64,000 bases of DNA. Origin: an uncultured virus (IMG/VR IMGVR_UViG_3300042276_000285) (lineage: Duplodnaviria; Heunggongvirae; Uroviricota; Caudoviricetes). Each line of letters begins with the position of its first letter. Position 1 is the first letter of the stretch. A program made the translations under genes and the position numbers. Shown one piece after another: positions 46,761 through 58,036 of the stretch. Under the pieces are notes generated by a model. The model saw only the letters and a list, made by a program, of their open reading frames with translations. It was not told the origin of the DNA and searched no databases. The stretch lies in IMG/VR virus record IMGVR_UViG_3300042276_000285. The stretch is one strand, 5' to 3'.

Positions 46761-47483
46761 ATGCCAATACCATTATTAGTACCACTGATTGCGGCGGGTG
46801 TATCGGCTGCTGGGCAAATAGGCATGGGTGTAGCCGATTCTGTTAAAGGGAACAGGACGTTGAAACAGGCACAGAGCTTTTACGAACAGAACAAATTCGA
46901 CATACCCGAATTTGCACAGGAGGCATTGAGTGTTGCGGAGAGACAGGGGTCTTCGATGCGTCTTCCGGGTGAGGATATAGCAAGGTCTCGGTTGGAAGAA
47001 ACTGTGTCAGGTGGCATAGGTGCGGCACAACAGGCAGCTACAAGTTCAAGTGACGTTTTGGCGTTGTTGGGGACATTTATGGGACAAAAAGCACAGTCAG
47101 AACAAAACTTAATAGAAGCAGGGGCGCAAAGATACGATGCCAATCAGCTGCAACTTCAAAACGCGCTGGGAATGATGTCGGAATTGGAGCAGAAGCGTTG
47201 GCAGTACAACGTGCTTTATCCATATCAACAGCAGTTGGCACAGGCAGAGGCTTACTCTACAAGAGGGCGACAGGAGCTAAGTGGCGGTTTAAGCGCACTT
47301 GGAAGCATGGCTGGCGGTATGGCTCAGGTAGGTTCAGCACAAGGTCAATACAACAATTGGATGGCAAATATGGGGTTTACAATGGGAGATTTAAACCCAC
47401 AGAACAGAATGCAGCCAATGGGGACAATTGGCACGCCGAGTTTGTCGTCTGGAGTTAGTACAAATCAATTAATGCCGATGTAA
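46761..47483 (+). CDS. Putative ejection / pilot protein
   Basis: Hydrophobic G/A-rich N-terminus, Q-rich helical body. Confidence 0.6.
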   Translation: MPIPLLVPLIAAGVSAAGQIGMGVADSVKGNRTLKQAQSFYEQNKFDIPEFAQEALSVAERQGSSMRLPGEDIARSRLEETVSGGIGAAQQAATSSSDVLALLGTFMGQKAQSEQNLIEAGAQRYDANQLQLQNALGMMSELEQKRWQYNVLYPYQQQLAQAEAYSTRGRQELSGGLSALGSMAGGMAQVGSAQGQYNNWMANMGFTMGDLNPQNRMQPMGTIGTPSLSSGVSTNQLMPM

Positions 47484-47485
47484 TT

Positions 47486-49108
47486 ATGGCAGATGGATTT
47501 TTAACAGGAGTAAGCAGGCAACCATTGGACTTGGTCTCAGGTGCGCAAAGTTTCATGCGTTCTGCGGTTGAGTCGCGTTTGGCAGAAATAGAGGCAAACA
47601 AAATAGAAGTAAGCGAAAACTACAAAAATTCGTTGAAGGCTATGTCTCTGTCTACCGTAGAGGGACTATCAGAAAATTTACGCAGAAAGTATCAAGGCAG
47701 AATAGAAGAATACCGCAAAGACGTTATGAACAAATTTCGTTCTTCTGGTGGCAAATTGAGCATGCAACAGGAGAAAGAAATTCAGGATGGCTATGTAGAC
47801 ATACAGAGAAAGATGGCCGGTGATGTTTCTATATTGAACGAAATACAAAAAGTTCAGGACATGGCATTGAGCAATCCTACGATGTACAACATAGAAGCAC
47901 TTAGCACTGACTTGGGGCATGTTCAGACGGCGTTGGACAAAGGGGAATATACAGGCAGACCGTCCGTGTTGCTGATGAAACATCAAGTTCCTGTTAGCGA
48001 AGGCGACTTTATTGCCAAACACTACGGAAACGAAATGAAGGCGTTAGAGGACTTTGTTACGGGCGACTTCACAGGAAACATCTTCAAAACTACAGAGTTG
48101 ACAGGGTTAGACCCGAACACATACGAGCTAACACGCCGCGCAAGCGACCTGCGAGACAGAATATTAGAAAACCCGTGGATGAAATCCAAATATACCAATC
48201 CAGACGGTTCTATAAATCCAGAGGCGTATGCTCGTCAGAAACAAGTGGCAGAAGACAACATCACCAGAATAGTTGAAGACATGAAGTCTTACAGTCCGCG
48301 TGCGGGTAGTGGCAAAGACAAAGAATTGACATACCTGACGCCAACCACTGTTGACGTAAACGGTGAGGACGTAAGCGTGTATAACGTTCCGGCTGGTATA
48401 CCACAAACGAAAATGACCATTACGGTTGGTGGAAAGCTGAAAAATGCAAACACGGGGCGTATGGAAGAAGTAAAAGGAAATACGCTCGACGACTTTATTG
48501 TCAAGGGGGTATCACCAGAAACAAGAGAAGTGTTTGTTCAGGTAGAAGGCGGTGGTGTTTTGGAAAGAGACGGTCAGCCGTTGTTAGCCAGAGAAACAGA
48601 AATTGGTTCTTTAGAGGGAAGGTCAGACAGCGACAAGATGCAAGACGGACAGACGCCAAATCAAATTAAAGAAAATGCATTTAGCATACTCGTTGGTCAG
48701 TCGAGCAAGCCAAGTGAAAGAGATTGGACGCGTGTTGTAGACGCGAAAGTGACCGAGAACAACGACGGTTCATATACGCTTAGCGGCACACTTGAAAGGC
48801 ATGGAACAAAAGCACTTGGAGTTGGCTTAGGTGGCGTTAGAAAAGAAGAAGATTTATCCAAAGAAGGCGAGAACCTGAAAAAGTCAGAACAGGTAAGCAT
48901 AACCTACCAACCAATAACAGGAGGCAAAGAACCAAAATCTTATGCCTTGCCAATGGATGAATACAAGGATGTGTTGCAGCGCATCGTTGGCAAATTTGGC
49001 CTTGTGTACGACGGTAAGAGATACACATGGGACGACGTGTTTAACAGGCCTGAATTGTTTCAGAAGTCGAAGAAAACAAAAGAAGACGATCCGTTAGGAA
49101 TATTATAA
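47486..49108 (+). CDS. Putative ejection (internal virion) protein
   Basis: Position between pilot-like and giant genes; ends DDPLGIL. Confidence 0.55.
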   Translation: MADGFLTGVSRQPLDLVSGAQSFMRSAVESRLAEIEANKIEVSENYKNSLKAMSLSTVEGLSENLRRKYQGRIEEYRKDVMNKFRSSGGKLSMQQEKEIQDGYVDIQRKMAGDVSILNEIQKVQDMALSNPTMYNIEALSTDLGHVQTALDKGEYTGRPSVLLMKHQVPVSEGDFIAKHYGNEMKALEDFVTGDFTGNIFKTTELTGLDPNTYELTRRASDLRDRILENPWMKSKYTNPDGSINPEAYARQKQVAEDNITRIVEDMKSYSPRAGSGKDKELTYLTPTTVDVNGEDVSVYNVPAGIPQTKMTITVGGKLKNANTGRMEEVKGNTLDDFIVKGVSPETREVFVQVEGGGVLERDGQPLLARETEIGSLEGRSDSDKMQDGQTPNQIKENAFSILVGQSSKPSERDWTRVVDAKVTENNDGSYTLSGTLERHGTKALGVGLGGVRKEEDLSKEGENLKKSEQVSITYQPITGGKEPKSYALPMDEYKDVLQRIVGKFGLVYDGKRYTWDDVFNRPELFQKSKKTKEDDPLGIL

Positions 49109-49109
49109 T

Positions 49110-52100
49110 ATGGAAGAAAAATTAACATATCAGGAACTCGCACTGAAGATAAAGTCCAAATATCCACAGTATAAAGATATGGACGATACGGTGTTGGTTG
49201 ACAAAATGGTCTCTAAATATCCTGTATACGGAGAGTTGTTAAAAAAAAAAGACAGTGGCGACGAAGTTTCAAAATCTTCGGAAGAACCTATTACTTCGGT
49301 TGGGAGTGAAACAACCGCACAAAAATTTGGTTCACAACAGCTATTTGATAAAGATGGCAAGATACCTCAGAATTCCAAGTTAGCAGATAAGCCAAAAACA
49401 GAACAAGAATCAAATTTTGTTCCTGATACATATTTTGACGAAAAGATAAGCGAGGGTGATTCTCGTTACGGAGTTTCTATTTATAATTATTCAAAATCAA
49501 ACATTGAAAAGAATGATGCTGTTTCTAAACACAACAGTATAATTGAAAATATAAACAGTGGTTCAGATTCTACCTATAATGCAATCATTGAGGATAAAAA
49601 GAAACAGATACAAACCGAAGTTGAAAAGTTGCAGAAACAATTTGATTTTAAAGAACCAACAAACGATCAGGAAGTTGATGAATACAATAAAAAAGTAGTT
49701 GACTTTAATAAACAGGCAAAACAAATTCAGGAAAAAATATTGTCAACCATTGACAAGGATGTAGAAGATTACGTTAATAAAACTGTTCCGTCGGTTATCG
49801 AAGATAAGTATATCGACAAAAACGATAAGGCACAATTAGACACAATGATTGAAAAAGAAATGCCTGTATCTTATGATGACAAGAAGAAATACATTGATAA
49901 GATCGTTGAATCAATGACTTATTTCTATGATGAAAAGGAAAAGAAAGAAGCAAAATCTGAATTGTACAATTATCTTTCTGAAAAACTATTATTTGACAAA
50001 GAGGGTAATCCAACGCAATATGCGTTAAAAAATCAGGCAGAAACAAGACTTGAAAAAGTAAATAAAAGAATATCTGAATTAGAAAATGAATTATCAAAAC
50101 CACAATTCCAAAGGACAAGGCGGGAAATAACAAGAGGACAATTTGCAGGAACAAGGTCTTATACTCCGTCAAGCGAAGAAACTAAACTTCGAGATGAATT
50201 ATCTAATTTAAGACAAGCGCAAAATAAATATCGGGAAGTAATTGCCTTACCGGATAAGCAAGAAGGCGTTAAAGTGGGTAAGTTTTCAGATGCTTTTACA
50301 GCGGAAACAGTTGCAGACATAGCAACCGGAGGGTTTGCTTCTGCATTTGTGGCGTTAGATGTATTAGGGAAAATCAAAAAAGGAGAAGATGCTACTGATG
50401 CTGAAAAGGAAATGTTAAACGCATTATCATTAAATAACGCAGCCAAAGGAGACATTAAAGAGAACATGAGGACTTGGGCTATCGTTGGACAGGGAGTTGC
50501 TGGTTCATTGCCTTTTGTTACTTCAATTATGCTGTCAGGTGGAACATCTGCGTTATTCAGAGCAGGCACTAAGAAAGCACTTGGATGGGAACTTAAAAAT
50601 ACGATTAAAAACAGGATAATAAATCAGGTTGGAAATGTTACTTCGGCAGCAGCAAGAGTTCCATTTTATGGTGGTTATTATGAGAGTTTAGCAGACAGAC
50701 GTGCAAAAATTGAAATGAAGTACGACCCAATATCAGGTCAATTTGCGGCAGATGTAAAGGAAAGTGAAAAACCATTTATTGCAGATGCTACAAAACAATT
50801 TGTTACCACATGGACTGAATTTTATGCAGAAGAACTTGGTGGGTCTATTGCTGCAAGAGTTGTTAACCCATTGGCAAAAAGGATTGGTTTAAAAAATATT
50901 ACTAATTCAGTATTTAAAAAAGTTACAGAAGCAACTAAAATAAATGACCCAATAACTGAATATTTAGAAGAAGTTGTAACAGGCGGTATGCAAATAGCCA
51001 TTGGAGAACAAGACCCAAAAGAGTTTCTTACATGGAAAACCCAATGGGAAACCTTGCTTACCACGACAGTAATGTCAGGTACACCACAAGTATTGACAGC
51101 ACCTTTTAGTAAAAACACAGAAGGACTTGCGAAACATTTTAATAAAAAACAAATAGCTGAAATAGAAAAAATATTGGCTATTGAAGATATATCTGAAAAA
51201 GCAAAGCAACTTACTCAATTTTCGTATGACAATAAAATAGGAGAGGATGCTATCCGTCAACTTGGGGATTACGCATGGAAATCACAAGCAGAACAAGCCG
51301 ATAAAATTACAAAAGAGGAAGCTGAAAAGATAAAGAAAGATCAAACAGAGTTAGCAACCCAACAGGAACAACTTGACTATTTAAAAGAAAAAGGCGTTGA
51401 AGTACCCGATGGAACTTCGATGGAGAACTTAAATAAATTGTATAACGAAACAAAAAAATCAGAAACGCCAAAAGTAAGCGAAAGGGACACTAAATTAGAA
51501 TTTGTTAAATCAAGGGGAATTGAAATAGCAGAAGATATTTCAGACAACGAACTTGATAAGACATATCGGGAACAACGTGTATCTAAAATTAAAGAAGATA
51601 ATGTAGAATTTGATAATCAAATATCAGAATCACAAAAAAGGTTAGGGCTACCAACAACTCCAGATATTAAAATATCCGATGATACCGAATTAACGCTGGA
51701 ACAGCTTGATAATGGTGAACCTGTTACCAATGAGTTTTTAAAGAAAGCCAGCGATGAGTTGTATAAAAAGTACAATGAATTAGAGGCAATGAAGCAGTCT
51801 GATTCTCGTGTTTACACGACAGAACAGATTGAATCCATGCAGGAATTTTTAGGTGAAGAAATAACTAAATTAGAAGATTATGCAAAAGAACAAGCAGAAA
51901 CGGGTAAGTTTGTCGGCGAAACTGAAACTGGCGAAGTTACCGAAAGAGGAGCAGAAGAAGTTGTTGAAGTTAAACCAAAAATAAAAGAAGATGGCAAAGA
52001 AATGCAAGTCAGCGAAAGCGAAAGAGAAGATGTACCAGAATCCGAAACACAAGCCGCCGAAGGAGGTGAGACAGAGGCAGCGGCAGTTGCAGAGGCAGCA

Positions 52101-55100
52101 GAAGCGGAAATAAAGCTAGTAGAGCCACTTTCTCCCGAAGAAGGTGCTGTTGCTCCATTAGAAGAAGAAGTGGCTGAAAAAGGCGTAGAAGAGACAATAG
52201 AACGGCAGCAAATCGAACCTGCTGCCGAAATAAAGGCAGCAGAACCAAAGGTGGTAAAAGCCACCGGAATCAAACCAAAGAACTTGCGCGACGTGTACAG
52301 GGCGGGGCGTGAAGTATTTGGACTTGACAAATCACAGGCGTTGGCACAGGCTGTTGTTGTGGATAGAATTGTAGGCAACATCGCAAGACGGCAAGGTGTT
52401 GGCAAGGATGCTGTGTATTCTGGTGTAGAATTTAGAAAAGGATTGTCAGAAGAAGGCGCTAGGGCTCCACAGGGGGCAAAAGGAGCTATTAGTATCATGC
52501 GTGATGGTCGTGCAGTCATTAGCGCACTAACAAACCCAAATGTTTCCACGCCGCTACATGAAATAGCCCATCTGTACGAGAAATACACGACAAAGCCTGA
52601 ACGCGACGCCGTGTTGAAATGGGCAAAGACAAAAACGTGGACAACGGAAACAAGCGAGAAGTTTGCGCGTGGGTTTGAAAGATATTTGGCAGATGGCAAA
52701 GCACCTGTTCCGAGTTTGCAGAAAGTGTTTGACCGATTCAAGGCGTGGCTGACTGACATCTACAACGGAATCACAGGAAGTGAAATAGACATTGAGTTGA
52801 ACGATGCTATGCGCGGTGTGTATTCTGCAATGTTGGGTGAGGGTGTTGTAAAAACCAAAAAGCGTACAGCGGCAGAAACTAAACCAAGCACGACTGGGTT
52901 TGACGACGTGGACGCATTGTTGTTTCAGGACGTTTTATTTCAAGGTGAAGACAAAACAGAAAAACACACAAAGGCTGTAAACCTGTTGGTTGACAAAGCC
53001 GAATCAGCCAAAGAAGATGTTGAGAAATTTGTAAGGGAAAAACTTGCCAATGCAGGCAATCCGGTGCGTGAAGAAATAATTACTAACGTTTTAAAAGAAA
53101 GAGGTTATGCCAAAGAAAAGCAAAGTGGGAAGATGCGTAGCGAAGGTAAGCAAAAGCAACCCAAAGGGAAGGGCGATAGCGATTTGTCAGAAGTCGACAG
53201 GGCAGAGCTACAAGACCGGAAGAAAGACAAAAAAGTAAGCCAGTTTGGAAAGAGGTTCTTTACTGCTACGTCTCAGGTTTCAGAAGAAGTTCAAGACCTG
53301 ATTGTAGAAAAAGGTATTCATTTGTACGAGCCAACCAGCTTGGAAGAAGCGGTGACTGTGGCTAAGGAAATGGCGTCGAATCTTTCGTATGAGGAGCTAA
53401 AAGACATCATAACATCCAACAGAAAGATGAACGAGGCTGTTCGTGCCAATATTGCCATTCAAACGCTAAAGAAATCTACTGCCGAAATGCGCCAAAACAG
53501 CAAAAACGGTGTTAGTTCTCCTTATTTGGTGAATTTGCAGTTGGAGGTACTAAGGTCTTTAAAAGACAATGTAAGCGCGGCTGGGTTGTTGATGAGAGCT
53601 ACACAGGGTGATGAGTTTACCGAATACATAGCCCCGGATGCGTGGGTGCAGGACTATATCGATACCGTACTTGGATCGAGAAGAACCAGCATGAAAGAAA
53701 AGTGGTTCAACAGGGCTTCCGATTTGTTTGACAAAAAAGCAAAGCGGGCTGTGTCTGAATCGGTGTCAGAGACAATGGATGCTCCAAAAGTAAAAAAGGA
53801 AATAGAAAAAGCCAAAAAGAGAAAACCAAAGGCGCCAAAGTCAGAAGCAGCTAAAAAGCGAAACGACATTGTTGCCAAGTGGAAAAAGTCGCTGGAAAAC
53901 AGGAAGACGCTGTTTCAGGCAGCAAGGTCTGAGTTTGTCTGGATGGAAGAAGACATTCAGTTTGCACGCGATGTCGTACAGACGTACATAGAAGACGGCG
54001 TGTACAACAGGAACGTGTTGGCAGAAAAGCTATCCATGCAATTTGAGAGTCTTGGTCTTCCGGTGGAAGAAGAAGTGCTTCGCAGGATTATCCCGGACGA
54101 GTTCAACGGTGTTCCGCTGGATAAGTTGTTTGAACGTCAGCAGTTGGACAAGGCAGCAGAGTCGTTGGCAACAAGGATATTTGGGTCGGTAATCGAGACT
54201 AAGAAAAAAGACGATCCATTGCTTCAAATGGTGAATACATTGCTTTCTAAATTCAAGGAAAGAACAGAAACAAAAGAGGTAAAAAAGAAAACAGATTTAG
54301 AAAAAGTAGTAGACGCCATAAGCAGGGTAAGCGACTACAAAGAGGTATGGAAAGAGGCACGTGATCTTGCCATTGACAAAGTTGACGCAAACGAATCGTT
54401 AGAATCAATTCAAAAGGAACTGGCAAAAGAAAAAATAAACTATGCCTACGACAACGCCACTAAGTTTACGTTTACTGAAAATCAAATAAGAGGCGTTGTT
54501 CGGGACGCAATACGAAAAAAAGAAATAAACCTCGACGACTTGGTTAGGTCGCACATGAGTGTAAGAGGGGCTACGCGTGAAACGTTGCGCAACTTCATTA
54601 TAGACTCATCTGGATTAGATGCAGAGGGAGCAAAGACATTGTCTGATGCTGTTTATGGTGTCTATGAAAGGATGCTGACACAACGTGCAACCAACATTGT
54701 GTCCAAAGAAGCGAAAAAGATGGGGGACAAGGTTTCTGGCAAAGAGGTTGAAAAAAGAATCGTTGCAACAGAGACAGAGAGGCTGTTGGACATGATTTTG
54801 TTGAAGGCATTTGAGAACGACGAATTTAGAAACGCGTATGCCTCCGTGAAGGGAATCCCAAGGATTACAGAAGACCATGTAGCCAACATCGAAATGCTTG
54901 CCGACAAAGTAAGGGAAACACCATCTACGGGTGTAAAGAGAATGCGCAAAGACGACTTGCTTATGTACATGAGGCGACTGGAAGGAGTGTCTATTCAGGA
55001 GGCATTGGATACCCTGTGGTTTGCTGCGGTGTTATCCGGCGTGCCTACACAGGTAAGAAACGCTTATGGTGCCTTTGGGAACGTGTATGGTGATTTATTT

Positions 55101-56960
55101 TTGAAGATAGCATCCAACCCGTTAAAGGCAGCAGACATTATAAAGTCACAGTCGCGTGGGTTTAGATTTGGTAGAACAAAAGCAGGCGTTATATGGAGAA
55201 CTGGAAAGTACTTTTTTGAAAATAGAACGGACGCTCCTATGGCGTCAGAATACGCCGTTGACAAAGATTCAAGTTGGACAAATCCGTTTAAGTTTGCTGC
55301 GTACCTGATGAGGTTTATGTCAGCCAACGACCAGCTTGCGCTATCCGTAGGGAAAGAGGCTTATGCTACTCTGCTGGCCAACGAACAGAAAAACGTCAAC
55401 TATTTCAAAAAGGCTTTCAGCAAAGAATATCGCAGGCGTATCAACGAGGAGGTAGAGCGCGTTCTTGGGTTGTCGAAAGAACAGTTGGATGAATTTGACA
55501 GGATTGTAAAAGAAGAATCCGAAGAATACGGGTATGACATAAACGAACAAAAAATACGCAAGCAAGAGCTTATAGATGAAGCACGTCCTCTTGAACTGGT
55601 GAAAGATGCGGAGACAATAGCCGCCGAACTTACAGGAAATACAAAGGCTTATGGAACAATTGGATATTTGATTGAACAAATTGCCAAGCCGTTGAGAAGT
55701 TTTACTGTAAACATTAAAGTTCGCGGCAAAGACTACGCAATACATCCAACCAAGCTACTTGCCGTGTTTACCAAGATTTCTACCAACGTGGCTACGACAC
55801 AGCTTTCCTTTACGCCGTTTGGATTTATGAACGTATTGGCTGGAAAACATGGCTTTTTGCCAAAAGACAATCCATTTATAAGAGAAATGTCACCGGCTAA
55901 AAAAAGAATTCACATAGCAAGGGCAACTGCTGGAACTGTGTTGATAGGATTGATATGGGGGTTAATGAATCCAGACGACGAAGACCATTGGTTTCAGTTG
56001 ACTGCAAACGGAACAGGAAACTACAAAGACGAAAAAGAACTAAGAAGGATTGGGTGGAGACCGTATTCTGTTTTCATTGGCGGATACGATGGAATCCGTG
56101 TTTCATACAGATATACTCCATTTGCCCTGTTGATGGCTCCGCTGGGATATATGTCAGACAGAAAAAGATTTACGAAAAAAGGAAAAGAGAAATCCGAATT
56201 TGAATTGGTTGCGTGGGCTATGACAGATGTATTTACGTACATTGCAGATAATACGCCGTTAAGTGGTATGTTGAATTTCATGAACGACATAATTGGTGGC
56301 ATACGTGGAGCCTCCGATATGGCTGAATCTGGTAAAGACGGCGCAAAGGCAGTAGCTAAAGCATTTCTAAACATACCAAAGGGGATATACGGTGCAGGGA
56401 TAGTTCGTTCTGTTATAGACACGTGGGATAGCTTTACCCGCGACGAAAGAATGGAGAACAACAAAATCTACAACGACTATATCGACAGAACCGTGTTTGA
56501 GATATTGCCGTGGGAAGAAGACAACTTTCCGGCACGTGATTCATGGGGATTGCCAATGAAGCAGTACAGAACGCTGGATGAGTTTTTTGGGTTGAGAGAC
56601 GAAGATCAGTTTGCCTCTTTGAGAGAATTTCACTACGAACAGGGCGCAGGCGTTGTTGGAATGCCAAACAGAAATCAATTGCTTTTCAGGGTTAAGTTTG
56701 CAGACGGGACACAACAGTACATAAGTCTTTCAAGGAACAACAAAAATCACAGGTATCTGTGGAATGAGGTGTTTCTAAAGAAACGTGGAGAGTACATGCG
56801 TGAAAGCATGACAAGTCTTAAAAACACAGGATACAAAAACGAAAGATATGTAGAAGAATTTTCAAAGAGAAAAACGAAAGACCAGAACAACGCAAAAGAG
56901 GATGTGTATCGCTATACGCTGAACAAGCCACTTCCTGTGTCGGAAAAGAATAAAGAGTAA
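49110..56960 (+). CDS. Giant internal virion / polyvalent protein with zincin-like HEXXH motif
   Basis: 2616 aa; STPLHEIAHLY ... EKFARGFERYL; N-terminal KIKSKYPQY. Confidence 0.75.
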   Translation: MEEKLTYQELALKIKSKYPQYKDMDDTVLVDKMVSKYPVYGELLKKKDSGDEVSKSSEEPITSVGSETTAQKFGSQQLFDKDGKIPQNSKLADKPKTEQESNFVPDTYFDEKISEGDSRYGVSIYNYSKSNIEKNDAVSKHNSIIENINSGSDSTYNAIIEDKKKQIQTEVEKLQKQFDFKEPTNDQEVDEYNKKVVDFNKQAKQIQEKILSTIDKDVEDYVNKTVPSVIEDKYIDKNDKAQLDTMIEKEMPVSYDDKKKYIDKIVESMTYFYDEKEKKEAKSELYNYLSEKLLFDKEGNPTQYALKNQAETRLEKVNKRISELENELSKPQFQRTRREITRGQFAGTRSYTPSSEETKLRDELSNLRQAQNKYREVIALPDKQEGVKVGKFSDAFTAETVADIATGGFASAFVALDVLGKIKKGEDATDAEKEMLNALSLNNAAKGDIKENMRTWAIVGQGVAGSLPFVTSIMLSGGTSALFRAGTKKALGWELKNTIKNRIINQVGNVTSAAARVPFYGGYYESLADRRAKIEMKYDPISGQFAADVKESEKPFIADATKQFVTTWTEFYAEELGGSIAARVVNPLAKRIGLKNITNSVFKKVTEATKINDPITEYLEEVVTGGMQIAIGEQDPKEFLTWKTQWETLLTTTVMSGTPQVLTAPFSKNTEGLAKHFNKKQIAEIEKILAIEDISEKAKQLTQFSYDNKIGEDAIRQLGDYAWKSQAEQADKITKEEAEKIKKDQTELATQQEQLDYLKEKGVEVPDGTSMENLNKLYNETKKSETPKVSERDTKLEFVKSRGIEIAEDISDNELDKTYREQRVSKIKEDNVEFDNQISESQKRLGLPTTPDIKISDDTELTLEQLDNGEPVTNEFLKKASDELYKKYNELEAMKQSDSRVYTTEQIESMQEFLGEEITKLEDYAKEQAETGKFVGETETGEVTERGAEEVVEVKPKIKEDGKEMQVSESEREDVPESETQAAEGGETEAAAVAEAAEAEIKLVEPLSPEEGAVAPLEEEVAEKGVEETIERQQIEPAAEIKAAEPKVVKATGIKPKNLRDVYRAGREVFGLDKSQALAQAVVVDRIVGNIARRQGVGKDAVYSGVEFRKGLSEEGARAPQGAKGAISIMRDGRAVISALTNPNVSTPLHEIAHLYEKYTTKPERDAVLKWAKTKTWTTETSEKFARGFERYLADGKAPVPSLQKVFDRFKAWLTDIYNGITGSEIDIELNDAMRGVYSAMLGEGVVKTKKRTAAETKPSTTGFDDVDALLFQDVLFQGEDKTEKHTKAVNLLVDKAESAKEDVEKFVREKLANAGNPVREEIITNVLKERGYAKEKQSGKMRSEGKQKQPKGKGDSDLSEVDRAELQDRKKDKKVSQFGKRFFTATSQVSEEVQDLIVEKGIHLYEPTSLEEAVTVAKEMASNLSYEELKDIITSNRKMNEAVRANIAIQTLKKSTAEMRQNSKNGVSSPYLVNLQLEVLRSLKDNVSAAGLLMRATQGDEFTEYIAPDAWVQDYIDTVLGSRRTSMKEKWFNRASDLFDKKAKRAVSESVSETMDAPKVKKEIEKAKKRKPKAPKSEAAKKRNDIVAKWKKSLENRKTLFQAARSEFVWMEEDIQFARDVVQTYIEDGVYNRNVLAEKLSMQFESLGLPVEEEVLRRIIPDEFNGVPLDKLFERQQLDKAAESLATRIFGSVIETKKKDDPLLQMVNTLLSKFKERTETKEVKKKTDLEKVVDAISRVSDYKEVWKEARDLAIDKVDANESLESIQKELAKEKINYAYDNATKFTFTENQIRGVVRDAIRKKEINLDDLVRSHMSVRGATRETLRNFIIDSSGLDAEGAKTLSDAVYGVYERMLTQRATNIVSKEAKKMGDKVSGKEVEKRIVATETERLLDMILLKAFENDEFRNAYASVKGIPRITEDHVANIEMLADKVRETPSTGVKRMRKDDLLMYMRRLEGVSIQEALDTLWFAAVLSGVPTQVRNAYGAFGNVYGDLFLKIASNPLKAADIIKSQSRGFRFGRTKAGVIWRTGKYFFENRTDAPMASEYAVDKDSSWTNPFKFAAYLMRFMSANDQLALSVGKEAYATLLANEQKNVNYFKKAFSKEYRRRINEEVERVLGLSKEQLDEFDRIVKEESEEYGYDINEQKIRKQELIDEARPLELVKDAETIAAELTGNTKAYGTIGYLIEQIAKPLRSFTVNIKVRGKDYAIHPTKLLAVFTKISTNVATTQLSFTPFGFMNVLAGKHGFLPKDNPFIREMSPAKKRIHIARATAGTVLIGLIWGLMNPDDEDHWFQLTANGTGNYKDEKELRRIGWRPYSVFIGGYDGIRVSYRYTPFALLMAPLGYMSDRKRFTKKGKEKSEFELVAWAMTDVFTYIADNTPLSGMLNFMNDIIGGIRGASDMAESGKDGAKAVAKAFLNIPKGIYGAGIVRSVIDTWDSFTRDERMENNKIYNDYIDRTVFEILPWEEDNFPARDSWGLPMKQYRTLDEFFGLRDEDQFASLREFHYEQGAGVVGMPNRNQLLFRVKFADGTQQYISLSRNNKNHRYLWNEVFLKKRGEYMRESMTSLKNTGYKNERYVEEFSKRKTKDQNNAKEDVYRYTLNKPLPVSEKNKE
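53107..53238 (+). CDS. Candidate overprinted small basic protein (43 aa)
   Basis: Alternative frame MPKKSKVGRCVAKVSKSNPKGRAIAICQKSTGQSYKTGRKTKK with A-rich leader. Confidence 0.45.
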   Translation: MPKKSKVGRCVAKVSKSNPKGRAIAICQKSTGQSYKTGRKTKK

Positions 56961-57028
56961 GAAGCCATTTTTATGGCTTTTTCTATGCCTGTTTTTTTCG
57001 TGTGTATCTTTGTAAAGAAGTTAAAATC

Positions 57029-57520
57029 ATGCCAACGATTGAAGAAAATATGGGAGACTACTTGGATCAGCTTGAGAAAATATTAGATAGGGCTGAAAGC
57101 GAGAGAAAAGAGCATTTTCAAAAAATGCAGGAGCAGCGTGAATTAAACAACAGGCAGCTTACTATGTACAAAGAAGTTCTGGATGCAAGCATCATGTTCA
57201 ACAAAGAACGGTTGGACGGCATGGACAAGCGCATAGGGTGGTTCACGAAGATTGCATTAGCCCTGTTGCCATTTGTTGCTGCGTTTGTTGCTGCTGGGTT
57301 TACCGTGAACACGCGGGTGTCTAAAATAGAAGACTACGTTAGAGAACAAGACCCCGCACAAAAAACAGAAGTAACCAACAGCATTGGCGTGGTTGTGGAC
57401 GAAACAAGAGACGCTCTGGAAAACGTTGGCATGGACAAAGAAGATGCATACAAATACGAAAAAGACGCAAAGGGCGGTGTGACGAGAGCAATGGGTGACA
57501 TTAGTCGTGGAGTAAAATAA
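57029..57520 (+). CDS. Single-TM coiled-coil protein
   Basis: IALALLPFVAAFVAAGF hydrophobic segment. Confidence 0.7.
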   Translation: MPTIEENMGDYLDQLEKILDRAESERKEHFQKMQEQRELNNRQLTMYKEVLDASIMFNKERLDGMDKRIGWFTKIALALLPFVAAFVAAGFTVNTRVSKIEDYVREQDPAQKTEVTNSIGVVVDETRDALENVGMDKEDAYKYEKDAKGGVTRAMGDISRGVK

Positions 57521-57526
57521 AATAAT

Positions 57527-58036
57527 ATGGCAAGTTTCAAAATAAAATGTTCAAAGAACAAGGCACAGACGGTGATTACAGTTAAGCAAACCGATTCTGT
57601 TGATTTGATTGGAGTAGCAGAAATTGTTGTCAGTTTGTATTCAGACGACATATCTACGGCAGACAACACCTATACACTGGACGCAACAGAACTTAGTGCT
57701 TTCAAAACAGACGGCACAGTTAACTTAAATGTGTCAGACGTCATTGGTGCAAGTCCGGCAGACGACTTTTATTTGGTAGAGTTCAGTGCAGACAGTGGCA
57801 GCTATTTGTCTAACAAGGCAGGGTTAGCTATTACGCTGGAAGCAGCCGGAAGGGTGTACTCAAAGCAGGGATTTGTCGATGTATACGCTCCAGACTTTAG
57901 GATCGACCGCGTGTTGCACACAGTTCACATGCTCTTTCAGGAAATGAATCTCATAGAAGAACTGGACACGTCGTTGCAAAAGAGGGCAGACTTCACTACC
58001 CGTCTTAGTTTGTTAAAAGAAATACTACAATACTGA
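57527..58036 (+). CDS. Putative tail-associated protein
   Basis: Late operon position. Confidence 0.6.
   Translation: MASFKIKCSKNKAQTVITVKQTDSVDLIGVAEIVVSLYSDDISTADNTYTLDATELSAFKTDGTVNLNVSDVIGASPADDFYLVEFSADSGSYLSNKAGLAITLEAAGRVYSKQGFVDVYAPDFRIDRVLHTVHMLFQEMNLIEELDTSLQKRADFTTRLSLLKEILQY

Noticed and set aside
51878..52759. 293-aa minus-strand ORF and the many other antisense ORFs in the track
   Set aside because: Shadow frames of long sense genes with S/F/L-rich composition and no initiation signals.
49110..56960. crAss-type virion RNA polymerase
   Set aside because: No DxDxD catalytic motif recognised, and late genes carry host-type TAnnTTTG promoters.
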